This document shows, in pieces, positions 27,401-39,268 of a stretch of DNA of 49,075 nt. A program made the position numbers and the translations under genes. This DNA is from Lama guanicoe (lineage: Eukaryota). Under the pieces are notes generated by a model that did no database searches, had not been told where the DNA came from, and was given only the letters and a program-made list of their open reading frames with translations. Numbering within the stretch: position 1 is the first letter of the stretch; each line of letters begins with the position of its first letter. The stretch is taken from the NCBI GenBank assembly GCA_013239625.1, contig MU054001.1, forward strand, positions 7,460,174 to 7,509,248, in the 5' to 3' direction.

Positions 27401-30400
27401 AGTTATGACAGATAAGTGTGTTCACATAACATGTTGTATACACAAAGTTTCTTTTCAGTAGGAAACTACACTATGTACATATATATGAGTAGGTACAAAC
27501 ACTAACTCGGTTTGACCGTGAAAACTGCATGAACGTAAAACCAGAACTAGAAAAAAGAATGAGAATCCAGTGTAAGTGTTTCACCTGGAAACCGTTACAT
27601 TTGTGCTAGATGAAAGAACGTCTCTACACATGTTAATATCTGAGAGATAAGTGTTTGCAAAAACTGTCCTTCACCTAACTTGTTGGGAAAACAAAGTTTC
27701 TTTTCAGTTGGAAACTTCACTACATACATATGTATGGGGAGGTACTAGCTCCATCTTGATTTACGGTGAAAACTGCATGAAATTCAAACCGGCACTAGAA
27801 AACAGTATGAGAAACCAGAGTAATTGCTTAACCTGCAAACCATTCTATTCGTGCTACATGAACGATCATCTCTCCACATGCTCAGTTCTGACAGATAAGA
27901 ATGTCTGAAAGCCTTCCTTCACCTAGAATGTTGCAAACACAAAGTTTCTTTTCTGTTGGAAACTACACTACATGCATATGTATGGGGAGGTAATTTCTGT
28001 AACACAGTTTTATAGTCAACAATGCACGAACTTCAAACCGGCACTTGGAAACAGACTTGAAACCAGTGTAAGTGTTTCTCCTGCAAGCCATTGCTTTTTT
28101 GATAGGTGAACGAACGTCTCTCGACACGCTCAATTCTGAGATAAATTATTTGTGAATGCCGTGATTCACCTACCTAGATGGGAACACAGTTTCTTTTCAC
28201 CTGGAAACTAACCTACGTACATATATATGGGGATGTCCTAGCTGCAGCTCGCTTTTTCTGTGAAATTGCATGAAATTCAAACCAGCAGTAGGAAACAGAG
28301 TGAGAAACAAGAGTAATTGTTTCTCCTGCAACACGTTCCCTTTGTGCTAGATAGATGAAAGGCTCTCCAAATGCTCAGCTCTTAGAGATAATTGTGTGTG
28401 AAAGATGACCTTCAACTAGTTTGTTGGGAACAGAAATTTTCTTTCAGTTGGAAACTAAAATACATACATGTATGTGAGGAGGTAACAGCCCCAAATCAGT
28501 TTTACAGTGAAACTGACTGAATTTCAAAATGGCACTAGGAAAAAGTGTCAGAAACCAAAATAATTGTTTCTCTTGGAACCCTTTCATATTTGCTAGATGA
28601 ACGAAAGTCCCTCCACATGCTCTGTTCTGAGAGATAAGTGTGTGTGAACATCATCCTTGAAATTGCTTACTCGGAACACAAGGTTTTTTTTCAGTTGGAA
28701 ACTACACTACATGCATATATATGAGGTGGCACAAGCACCAACTCAGTTTGACAGTGAAAATTGCAAGAACTTGAAACCGGCACAAGGAAACAAATTGAGA
28801 AACCAGAACAGTGTTCCTCTTGAAAACTGTTCCCTTTGTGCTAGATGAAAAAACTTCTAGCCACATGCTCAGCTCTAAAAGATAATTGGATGTGAAAGCC
28901 GTCCTTCACCTAGCTTGATCGGAACACAAAATTTCTTTTCAATTGGAAAAATCTCTACATATATATATAAGGGGAAGTACTAGCTCCAACAAGGTTTTAC
29001 AGAGAAAACTGCATGAACTTCATACCGGCACTTGGAAACAGACTGAGAAACCAGTGTAAGATTTTCTCCAGCATTCCTTTCCGTTTTTGATAGAGGAACA
29101 ACGTCTCTACACGTGCTCAGTTCTGCGAGATAAGTGTGAGTGTAGACGTCCTCCAAATAGCTTGTTGGGAATGCAAAGGTCTTTTCAGTTAAAAACTACC
29201 CTACATCCATATATATGGGGAGATAATAGTTCAAACAATGAATTACAGTGAAAACTGTACGAACTCCATATCTGCTCTAGGAAAAACGCTTGAGAAAGGT
29301 TTTTAAGTGATTCTGATGCAAGCTGTTCCCTTTGTGTAAAATGAACTATCATCTCTCCTCATGCTAAGAACTTAGAGATAACTGAGTGAGAAAATAGCCC
29401 TTCACTTGGCTTGATAGGAACATAAAGATACTTTTCAGTTGGAAACAACAATACATACGTATATGGGGGAGGTACTAGCCCCAACTCTGTTTTACAATGA
29501 TAATTGCATGAATTTCAAATGGGCACTAGGAAACAGAGTGGGAAATAAAAGTACTTTTTTCTCATGTAAAAATTTCTTTGTGCTGAATGAACGAACTTCT
29601 CTCCACGTGCTCTGTTCTGAGAAGAATGTTTGTGTGAAAGCCGCTATTTACCTAGCTTGTTGGGAACACAGAATTTCTTTTCAGTTGGAAACTACACAAC
29701 AAACATATATATGGGTAGGTACTAGCTCCAACTCGGTTTTACACTGAAAACTGCATGAACTTAAAACTGCCACTGGAAAGCAGAGTGAGAAACCAGAGGA
29801 TGTATTTGTCCTTCAACACGTTCTTTCTGTTCTTGTTGAACGAATCCTCTCCATATGCTAATTTCTTAGATATAAGTATGTGGGAAAACCGTACTTCAGT
29901 TGGCATGTTAGGAACACAAATTTTCCTTTCAGTTGGATACTACACTACATACATATATATGGGGAGGTACTAGCTCCAATTCCGTTTACAGTGAAAACTG
30001 TACAAACTTTAAACCGGCACTGGGAAACAGACTGTGAAATCAAAGTAATTGTTTCTCCTGCAACCCGTTCCCTTCGTGCTAGATGAACGAACGTCTCTCC
30101 GCATGCTCAGTTCTGAGAGATAAGTGTGTGTGAAAGTCGTCCTTCACATAGCTTTTTGGGAATGCAGAGGTCTTTTCAGTTGAAAACAGCACTATATACA
30201 TATATATGGGGAGATATGAGCTGTAACACTGTTTTACAGAGAAAACTGCACAGAATTCAAACCTACCCTCGGAAAAAGCCTGAGAAAAGTGTGTTTCTGA
30301 TGCAAGCCGTTTCATTTGTGCTAGATGAATGAACATGTCTCCACATGCTCCTTTATGAGAGATAATTGTGTGTGAAAGCCTTCCTTCACCTAGCTTTTTT

Positions 30401-30917
30401 AGAACACAAAGTTTCTTTTCAATTGGAATCTATACTACATACATATATATGGAAGGTACTAGCTCCATCTCAGTATTACAGTGAAAATTGCATAAACATC
30501 TGACCGGCACTAGGAAACAGAATGAGAAACGAGAGATATTGTTTCTCCTGCAACTCATTCCCTTTGTGCTAGTTAAACAAACCTCTGTCCACATGGTATG
30601 TTCTGACAGATAAATTTGTGTGAATGCCATCCTTCACCCTGCTTGTTGGGATCACAATGTTTCTTTTCAGTTCGAACCTTCACTACATACATATATATCG
30701 GGAGGTACTATCTTCAAGTCAATTTTACATTAAAAACAGCATGAACATCAAAGAGGCACTAGTAAATAGTCTGAGAATCAATAGATACTCTTTCTCTTGC
30801 CAATCGTTCTCTTTGTGCTAGATGAACGAAAGTCTCTCCACATGCAAAGTTCTTAGAGATAAGTGTGTGTGAAAGCCATCATTTGCCTAGATTGTTGGGA
30901 ACACAAAGTTTCTTTTC
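12474..30917 (+). repeat. ~248-bp satellite, block 2 (~74 monomers; subtype I to ~15400, subtype II after)
   Basis: Same monomer and period. From ~15440 the diagnostics change to AAACAGACTGAG, CTCCTGCAAC, CTTTGTGC, CTCAGTTCTGAGAGATAAG, GTCCTTCACC and CACAAAGTTTC. Confidence 0.97.
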
Positions 30918-31374
30918 TTTTATTTTTTTCAGACTTGATTTGAAGAACGCAAGCTAAACAGAAAGAAGACTAATGGAGTCCTTTAAAAGCATGTTCAGAT
31001 CTTAAGTATTGAAGAAATGTTTTTTTTTACATTTTTTATTGATTCATAATCATTTTAAAGTGTTGTGTCAAATTCCAGTGTTCAGCACAATTTTTCACTC
31101 ATTCATGGACATATACACACTCATTGTCACATTTTTTTCTCTGTGATTTATCATAACATTTTGTGTATATTTCCCTGTGCTATACAGTGTAACCTTGTTT
31201 ATCTATTCTACAATTTTAAAATCCCAGTTTATCCCTTCCCACCCTCTAACCCCCGCCCCGGTAACTGCAAGTCTGTATTCTTTGTCCATGAGTCTATTTC
31301 TGTCCTGTATTTATGCTTTGTTTTTGTTTGTTTTTGTTTTTTAGATTCCACGTATGAGAGATCTCATATGGTAT
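30918..31374 (-). mobile_element. Heavily 5'-truncated L1 insertion with putative 3' transduction, flanked by a 9-bp TSD
   Basis: TTTCTTTTC at 30909-30917 and 31375-31383, with satellite phase continuous across the insert. Inside are a T-rich tail (30918-30929), non-satellite non-L1 DNA (30930-31019), T9 (31020-31028), then L1 3' UTR and the last ORF2 codons (YHMRSLIRGI*). Confidence 0.88.
30930..31019. other. 90-bp unique segment between two poly(A)-like tracts (candidate transduced flank)
   Basis: CAGACTTGATTTGAAGAACGC...GTATTGAAGAAATG matches neither the monomer nor the other two L1 3' ends in the window. Confidence 0.75.
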
Positions 31375-34300
31375 TTTCTTTTCAGTTGGAAACTACATAC
31401 ATATATATATATAGGATGTCCTAGTACCTGCTCACTTTTACTGTGAAAACTGTATGAACTTCAAACCGGCACAAAGAAACAAACTGAGAAACCAGAGTAA
31501 TTCTTTCTCCTGCAACAAATTCCCTTTGAGGTAGATTGATGAACCGCTCTCCAAATGCTCAGCTCTGAGTGATAATTGTGTATGAAAACGCCCTTCACCT
31601 AGCTTGTTGGGATCAGAAAGTATCTTTTCAGTTAGAAACTACAATACATACATATATGTGGTGAGATAGTATACCCAAATCAATTTTACAGTGAAACACA
31701 ATGAATTTAATCTGGCACTACGAAACAGAGTGAGAAACCAAAGTAATTGTTTCTCTTGGTACCATTTCACTTGGTGCTAGATGAATGATCGTATCCACAT
31801 GCTCATTTCAGTGAGATATTTATGTGTGAAAGCCGTCATTCACCTACCTATTTGGGAACAGAACTTTTCTTTTCAATTGGAAACTACACTACTTATATAT
31901 ATATGGTAGGTATTAGCTCCATCTCGCTTTACATTGAAAACTGCATGAACTTCAAACCGTCACTAGGAGACAGACTGAGAAACCAGAGTAAGTATTCCTC
32001 CTGCAATCCGTTCCCTTTGAGTTATATGAATGAACTTCTCTCCACATGCTCAGTTCTAAGAGAAAGTATGTGTGAAAGCCGCACTTCAACAAGGTTTTTG
32101 GAAACACAAAGATTTTTTTCAGTTGGAAACTATACTACATATATATGTATGAGGAGGTACAAGCTCCAACTCAATTTTACAGTGAAAAATACATGAACTT
32201 AAAACCGGCACTAGGTAACATATATAGAAACCAGAGTATGTGTTTCTCCTGCAACTCATTCCCATTGTGCTAGATGAATGAACGTGTCTCCACATGCTCA
32301 GTTCTGAGAGATAAGTGTGTGTGAAAGCCATCGTTCACCTAGCTTGTTGGGAACACAAAGTTTCTTTCCAGTTTCAAACTCCACTACATACATATATATG
32401 GTGAGGTACTGGCTCTGACACGGTTTTACAGTGAAACTTGCAGAAACTTCAAACCGGCAGTAGGAAACAGACTGAGAAAGCAGAGTTAGTGTTTCTCCTG
32501 CAGGCTGTTCCCTTTTTGCTAGATGAATGAAAGTTTTCCTCATGCCCATTTCTGAGTGATAAGTGTGTTGAAAGCCGTCATTCACCTAGCTTGTTGGGAA
32601 CGCAAAGTTTCATTTCATTTGGAAGCTACAATGCATGCATATATATGTGGAGGTTAAATCTCCAACAAATTTTTACAGTTAAAATTGCATGAAATTCAAA
32701 CCGGCACATGGAAACAAACTGAGAAACAAGAGTAAGTGTTTCTAATGAAATCCATTCAGTTTTTGCTTCATGAATGAAAGTGTATCCACATGCTCATATG
32801 TGAGTATTAAATGTGTGTGAAAACCTTCAATCACCTACATTGTGGGAACATACAGGTTCTTTTTATTGGAAAATTACACTCTGTGTGTGTGTGTATATAT
32901 ATATATATTTATATATATATTTATATATATATATTTATATTTATATATATATTTATATATATATTTATATATTTATATATATATTTATATATACGTACAT
33001 ACTCCAACACGGGTTCTCATGGAAAACTGCATGAAATTCAAACCAGCACAAGGAAACATACAGAGAAACTAGAGTAGCTATTTCTACTGCAAGCCATTCC
33101 CTTAAACCTAGATCAATGAATGTCTCTGCACATAAACATTCTGAGTATTAATTGTGTGAGAAAGCCGTCTATCAACTAGCTTGTTTGGAACAGTCACGTT
33201 CTTTTCAGATGGAAATACACCACTTACATTAATAAGGTGAGGTACTAGCTCAAACTCGGTTTTATGTGAAAACTTGATGTGATCCAAACTGGCACTTGGA
33301 AACAAACTGAAAAACGACAGAAAGTGTTTCTACTGCAACAAATCCCCTTTCAGCCAAATAAAGTAACAACTCTACACATGCACAATTCTGTGAGTTAAGT
33401 GTATGTGAAAGCCGTCAATCACCAATCTTGTTGGGAAAACACATTTTCTTTTCAGTGGGGAACTTCACTTCATGCCTATATGTGTGGAAATACCTGTTCG
33501 AACTCGTTTTAACAGTGAAAATTGCATGAACTTCTAATCGGCACTAGGAAACATAGTAAGAAACAAAAGTAAGTGTTTGTAACGCAACCAATTCTGTTAA
33601 TGCAAATGAACGAACATCCTCCAGATGCTCAATTCTGAGAGTTAAGTGTGTGTGAAAGCCATCAATCACCTAGGATTTTCAGAAGACACAGTTTCTTTTC
33701 AGTGGAAACTACAATACTTACATATATATGGGGAGGTTCAAGCTCCAACTCGGTTTTACAGTGAAAACTTCAGGAACTTCAAACCGGCACTAGGAAACAG
33801 ACTGAGAAACAAGAGTAAGTGTTTCTTCTTCAACCCGTTCCCTTTTGCTAGATGAATGAACGTCTATACACATGCTCAGTTCTGAGAGATAAGTGTGTGA
33901 GAAAGCCGTCCTTTACATCGCTTTTTTGGGAACACGACGTTTCTTTTCATTAGGAAGCTACAATACATAAATATATATGTGGAGTTACAAGCTCCAACTC
34001 GGTTTTACAGTGAAAATTGCATGAACTTCAAACTGGCACTAGAAACAGACTGAGAAACAAGGGTAGGTGTTTCTAATGAAATCCATTCTGTTTTTGCTAG
34101 GTGAATGAACGTCTATCCACATTCTCAGTTCTGAGTGATAAGTGTGTGTGAACGCCATACTTCACCTAGCTTGTTGGGAACAAAAAGATACTTTTCATTT
34201 GGAAACTACTCTGGATACATATATATGAGGTAGTACTAGCACCAAATTGGTTTTAGAATGAAAATTCTTGAACTTCAAACCAGCATTAGGGCAAAAAAAT

Positions 34301-35622
34301 CTGAGAAACCAGAGTAAGTGTTTCTCCTGCTACTGGTTCCCTTTGTGCTAGATGAACAAACGAATCTCCACATGCTCAGTTTTGAGATTTAATTGTGTGT
34401 GAAATCCGTCCTTCATGTAGATTGCTTAACCACAAAGTTTCTTTTCAGTTGGAAACTACACTACCTACATATATATGAGGATGTACTAGCTCCAACTCGG
34501 GTTGACAGTGAAAATTGAATAACTTCAAAATGACACTAGGAAACAAACTGAGAGACCAGAATAGCTGTTTCTCCTGCAAACTCTTCACTGTATGCTAGAT
34601 AAAAAATTGTCTCTCCTCATGATCAGATCTGGGAGTTTAGTGTATGAAAGCCGTTCTTCACCTAGGCTGTTGGGAACACAATGTTTCTTTTCAGTTGAAA
34701 ACTACACTACGTACATATATATGGGGAGGTACTAGCTGTAACTCAGTTTTACAGTGAAAACGGCATGAACTTCAAACTGGCACAAGGAAACAGACTCAGA
34801 AACTAGAGTAAGTGTTTCCCCTGCATGCAGTTCCGTTTGTGCTAGATGAACGGATGTCTCACCACATGCTAGGTCTGTTTAGTAAGTGTTGTTGAAAGCC
34901 GCCCTTTACCTACATTTTTGGGAACACAAAACCTCTTTTCAGTTGGAAACTACACTACATACATATATATGGGGAAGTACCAACACCAAATCAGTTTTAG
35001 AATGAACATGCATGAACTTAAAACCGGCATTAGGAAAAAAAACCTGAGAAACCAGAGTAACTGTTTCTCCTGCTACCCGTTCCCTTTGTGCTACATGTAA
35101 AAACGACTCTCCACATGCTCAGTTCTGAGAGATAATTGTGTGTGAATGCCGTCCTTCATGTAGCTTGTTTAAAAACAAAGTTTCTTTTCAGTTGGAAACT
35201 ACAATACCTGCATATATATGGGGTTGTACTAGCTCCAGCTCGTTTTTACAGTGAAAATTGCATAAATTCAAAATGACACTTGGAAACAAACTGAGAGACC
35301 AGAAATAGCTCTTTCTACTGCAAACTCTGCCCTTTATTCTAGATAAAAAATTATCTCTCCTCATGCTGAGTTCTGAGGGATTAATGTGTATGAAAGCCCT
35401 CTTTCACCTACGTTGTTGGGAACACAAAGATTCTTTTCAGTTGGAAACTACACTACATACATTTATATGGGGACGTACTAGCTCCAAGTCGGTATTTCAG
35501 AGAAAACTGCATGAATTTCAAACCGGCAGTAGGAAACAGACTCAGAAACCAGAGTATGTGTTTCTGCTGCAAGCCGTTCCATTTGTGTTGGATAACGAAT
35601 GTCTCTCCACATGCTCACTTCT
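31375..35622 (+). repeat. ~248-bp satellite, block 3 (~17 monomers; subtype II with a subtype I island at ~32740-33700)
   Basis: Monomer landmarks continue. TCAATCACC, AAACATA and CTACTGC variants reappear only at ~32740-33700. Confidence 0.95.
32882..32992. repeat. Compound (TG)n-(TA/TTTA)n microsatellite, ~110 bp
   Basis: TG run 32882-32894, then TA runs punctuated by TTT. It replaces the ACATACATATATATGGGGAG part of one monomer. Confidence 0.95.
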
Positions 35623-38600
35623 TTCTCTTTAAAATATTTTTTATTGATTAATAATCATTTTACAATGTTGTGTCAACTTCCAGTTTTTAGCACAATTTTT
35701 CAGTCATTCATGGACATATATGCACTCATTTTCACATTTTTTTCTGTGAGTTATCATAATATTTTGTGTTATGTCCCTGTGCTATACAGTGTAATCTTGT
35801 TTATCTATTCTACAATTTTGAAATCCCAGTGTATCCCTTCCCACCCTCCACCCCTCTGGTAACCAAAAGTCTGTATTCTCTGTCTATGAGTCTATTTCTG
35901 ACCTGTATTTATGCTTTGTTTTTGTTTGTTTGTTTTTGTTTTTGTTTTTTAGATTCCACATATGTGCAATCTCAGATGGTATTTTTATTTCTCTTTCTGG
36001 CTTACTTCACTGAGAATGACATTCTCCAGGAGCATCCATGTTGCTGCAAATGGCATTATGTTGTCGGTTTTTATGCCTGAGTAGTATTCCATTGTATAAA
36101 TATACCATATCTTCTTTATCCAGTCACTTATTGATGGACATTTAGGCTGTTTCCATGTTTTGGATATTGTAAATAGTGCTGATATGAACATTGGGCTGCA
36201 GGTGTCATCCTGAAGTAGGGTTCCTTCTGGATACAAGCCCAGGTGTGGGATTCCTGGGTCACAGGTTAAGTCTATTCCTAGTATTTTGAGGTATATCCAC
36301 AGTATTTTCCATAGTGGCTGCACCAAACTGCATTTCCACCAGAAGTGAAGGAGGGTTCCCCTTTCTCCACAGTCTCTCCAGCATTTTCATTTGTGGATTT
36401 TTGAATGACGGCCATTCTGACTGGTGTGAGGTGATACCTCATTGTAGTTTTGATTTGCATTTCTCTGATAATTAGTGATATTGAGCATTTTTTCATGTGC
36501 TTTTTGATCACTTGTATGTCTTCCTTGGAGAATTGCTTGTTTAGGTCTTCTGCCCATTTTTGGATTGGGTTGTTTATTTTTTTCTTTTGAGTTGTATGAG
36601 CTGTTTTTTTATTCTGGATATCAAGCCTTTGTTGGTTTCACTTGCAAAAATTTTCTCCCATTCCATAGGCTTTATTCTTGTATTACTTCTGGTTTCCTTT
36701 GCTGTGCAGAAGCTTGTAAGTTTCATTAGGTCCTATTTGTTTATTCTTGCTTTTATTTGTTCTAGGAGAAAATTTTTGAAATATATGTCAGATAATGTTT
36801 TGCCTAAGTTTTCCCCTAGGAGGTTTATTGTATCTTGTCTTATGTTTAAGTCTTTAATCCATTTTGAGTTGATTTTTGTATATGGTGTTAGGGAGTGTTC
36901 TAGCTTCACTGTTTTACATGCAGCTCTCCAGTTCTCCCAACACCATTTGCTGAAAAGACTGTCTTTATTCCATTGTATATTCTTGCCCCCTTTGTTGAAG
37001 ATGAGTTGACCAAATATTTGTGGGTTAATTTCTGGGCTCTCCATTCTGTTCCATTGGTCTATATGTTTGTTGTGGTATCAATACCATGTTGTCTTGATGA
37101 CTGTAGCTCTATAGTATTGTCTGAAGTCTGGGAGAGTTATTCCTCCAGCCTATTTCTTTCTCTTCAGTAATGTTTTGGCAATTCTGGGTCTTTGATGGTT
37201 CCATATAAATTTTATTATGATTTGTTCTAGTTCTGTGAAATATGTCCTGGGTAAATGGATAGGGATTGCATAAAATCTGTAGATTGCCTTGGGCAGTGTG
37301 ACCATTTTAAAAATATTGATTCTTCCAATCCAAAAGCATGGTCTATCTTTCCATATTTTAAAGTCTTCTTTAATTTCCTTCATCAATGGTTTATAGTTTT
37401 CTGTGTATAATTCTTTCACCTCCTTGGTTAGATTTATTCCCGATATTTTATTACTTTGGGTGCTATTTTAAAGGGGATTGTTTCTTTACTTTCTTTTTCT
37501 GTTGATTTATCGTTAGTGTAAAGAAATGCAACTGATTTTTTGACGTTAATTTTGTAACCTGCTACCTTGTTGAATTCTTCAATCAGCTCTAGTAACTTTT
37601 GTGTGGACCTTATAGGGTTTTCTATATATAGTAATATGTCATCAGCATACAATGGCACTTTCACCTCTTGTTTTCCAATTTGGATCCCTTTTATTTCTTT
37701 CTCTTGCCTGACTGCTGTGGCTAGGACTTCCAGGACCATGTTGAATAGGAGTGGTGATATTGGGCATCCTTGTCTTGTCCCAGATTTTAGTGGGAAGCTT
37801 TTGAGTTTTTCACCATTGAGTACTATGCTGGCTGTAGGTTTGTCATATATAGCTTTTATTATGTTGAGATATGTTCCCTCTATGCCCACTTTGGTGAGAG
37901 TTTTTATCATAAATGGGTGTTGAATTTTATCAAATGCTTTTTCTGCATCGATTGAGATGATCATGTGGTTTTTGTCCTTTCTCTTGTTGATGTGAGTTAT
38001 TACATTGATTGATTTGCGTATGTTGAACCAGCCTTGTGTCCCTGGGATGAACCACAATTGTTCATGATATATAATCTTTTTTAAGTGTTGTTGGATTTAT
38101 TTGCTAAAATTTTGGTGAGGATTTTGGCATCTATGTTCATCAGTGATATTGGCCTATAATTCTCTTTTTTGTAGTGTCTTTGCCTGGTTTTGGTATCAGG
38201 GTGATGGTGGCTTCATAGAATGAGTTTGGGAGTATTCCCTCCTTTTGAATCTTCTGGAAGAGTTTGAGAAGGACTGGTATGAATTCTGTGTATGTTTGGT
38301 AGAATTCCCTGATGAAGCCATCCGGTTCTGGACTTTTATTTATAGGGAAGTTTTTGATTGCTATTTCTATTTCCTTTCTAGTGATTGGATTGTTCAAGTG
38401 TTCAGTTTCTTCTTGATTCATTTTTAGTGGACAGTATGTTTCCAGAAACGTGTCCATCTCCTCTAGGTTATTCAGTTTGTTTCCATATAGTTTTTCATAA
38501 TATTCTTGTATGATATTCTGTATTTCTATTTTGTTTGTCATAATTTCTCCATTTTACTTTCTCATTTTGCTGATTTGAGCTATCTCTTTTTTCTTCTTTG

Positions 38601-39268
38601 TGAGTTTGGCCAGAGGTTTGTCAATTTTATATACTTTTTCAAAAAAACAGCTTTTGCTTTGGTTGATGTTTTGTATGGTCTTGTTAATGTCTATTGTATT
38701 TAATTCCTATTTGATCTTTATTATTTCCTTTCTTCTGCTGCTTTTTGGGGCATTTTGTTATTCTTTTTCTAATTCTTACAGGTAGTTGGCTAAATTGTTT
38801 ATTTGAGATTGTTCTTCTTTCTTGAGGAAGGCCTGTAACGCTATAAACTTCCCTCTTAGCACTGCCTTTGCTGTGTCCCATAGGTTTTGAGTTATTGTGC
38901 TTTCATTATCATCTGTCTCAAGGTAATTTTTAATTTCAGCTTTGATTTCCTCATTGATCAATTGTGTTTTCAATAACATATTGCTTAATCTCCATGCTTT
39001 CCTTTATTTCTCCTTTGTTTCTCTGTTGTTGATTTCCAGTTCCATGGCATTGTGGTCAGTAAAGATGCTTGAGATAATTTCTATCTTCTTAAAATTGTTG
39101 AGGTTTCTTTTGTGCCCAAGTACATGATTGATCCTGGAAAATGATCCATGTGCATTTGAAAAGAATGTATATCCTATTTTTTGGGGGTGTAATGCTCTGA
39201 AATTATTGACCAAATCTAGGTTTTCTATTATAGTATTTAATTTCTTTGTTGCCTTGTTTATTTTCTGT
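35619..39268 (-). mobile_element. LINE-1, 5'-truncated within the endonuclease domain; copy C
   Basis: Degenerate tail TTCTTTCTCTTT (35619-35630), AATAAA at 35640-35645, and colinearity with copy A (about 95% identical in one 240-bp stretch compared by eye). It ends at ...TATTTTCTGT, then satellite ACAGTGAAAA. Confidence 0.96.
35949..39268 (-). pseudogene. Disrupted, N-terminally truncated L1 ORF2p
   Basis: Fragments contain [39 protein letters not shown] and KWCWENW. Stop TAA is at 35949-35951. Multiple frameshifts. Confidence 0.93.

Noticed and set aside
32811..33077. YIYI-rich ORFs in three frames
   Set aside because: They are translations of the TA microsatellite.
8256..39268. Copies A and C as one segmental duplication, or as active L1s
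   Set aside because: They have different insertion phases, 5' ends, flanking subtypes and lesions, so they are independent insertions. Both lack ORF1 and a promoter, and both have a frameshifted ORF2.
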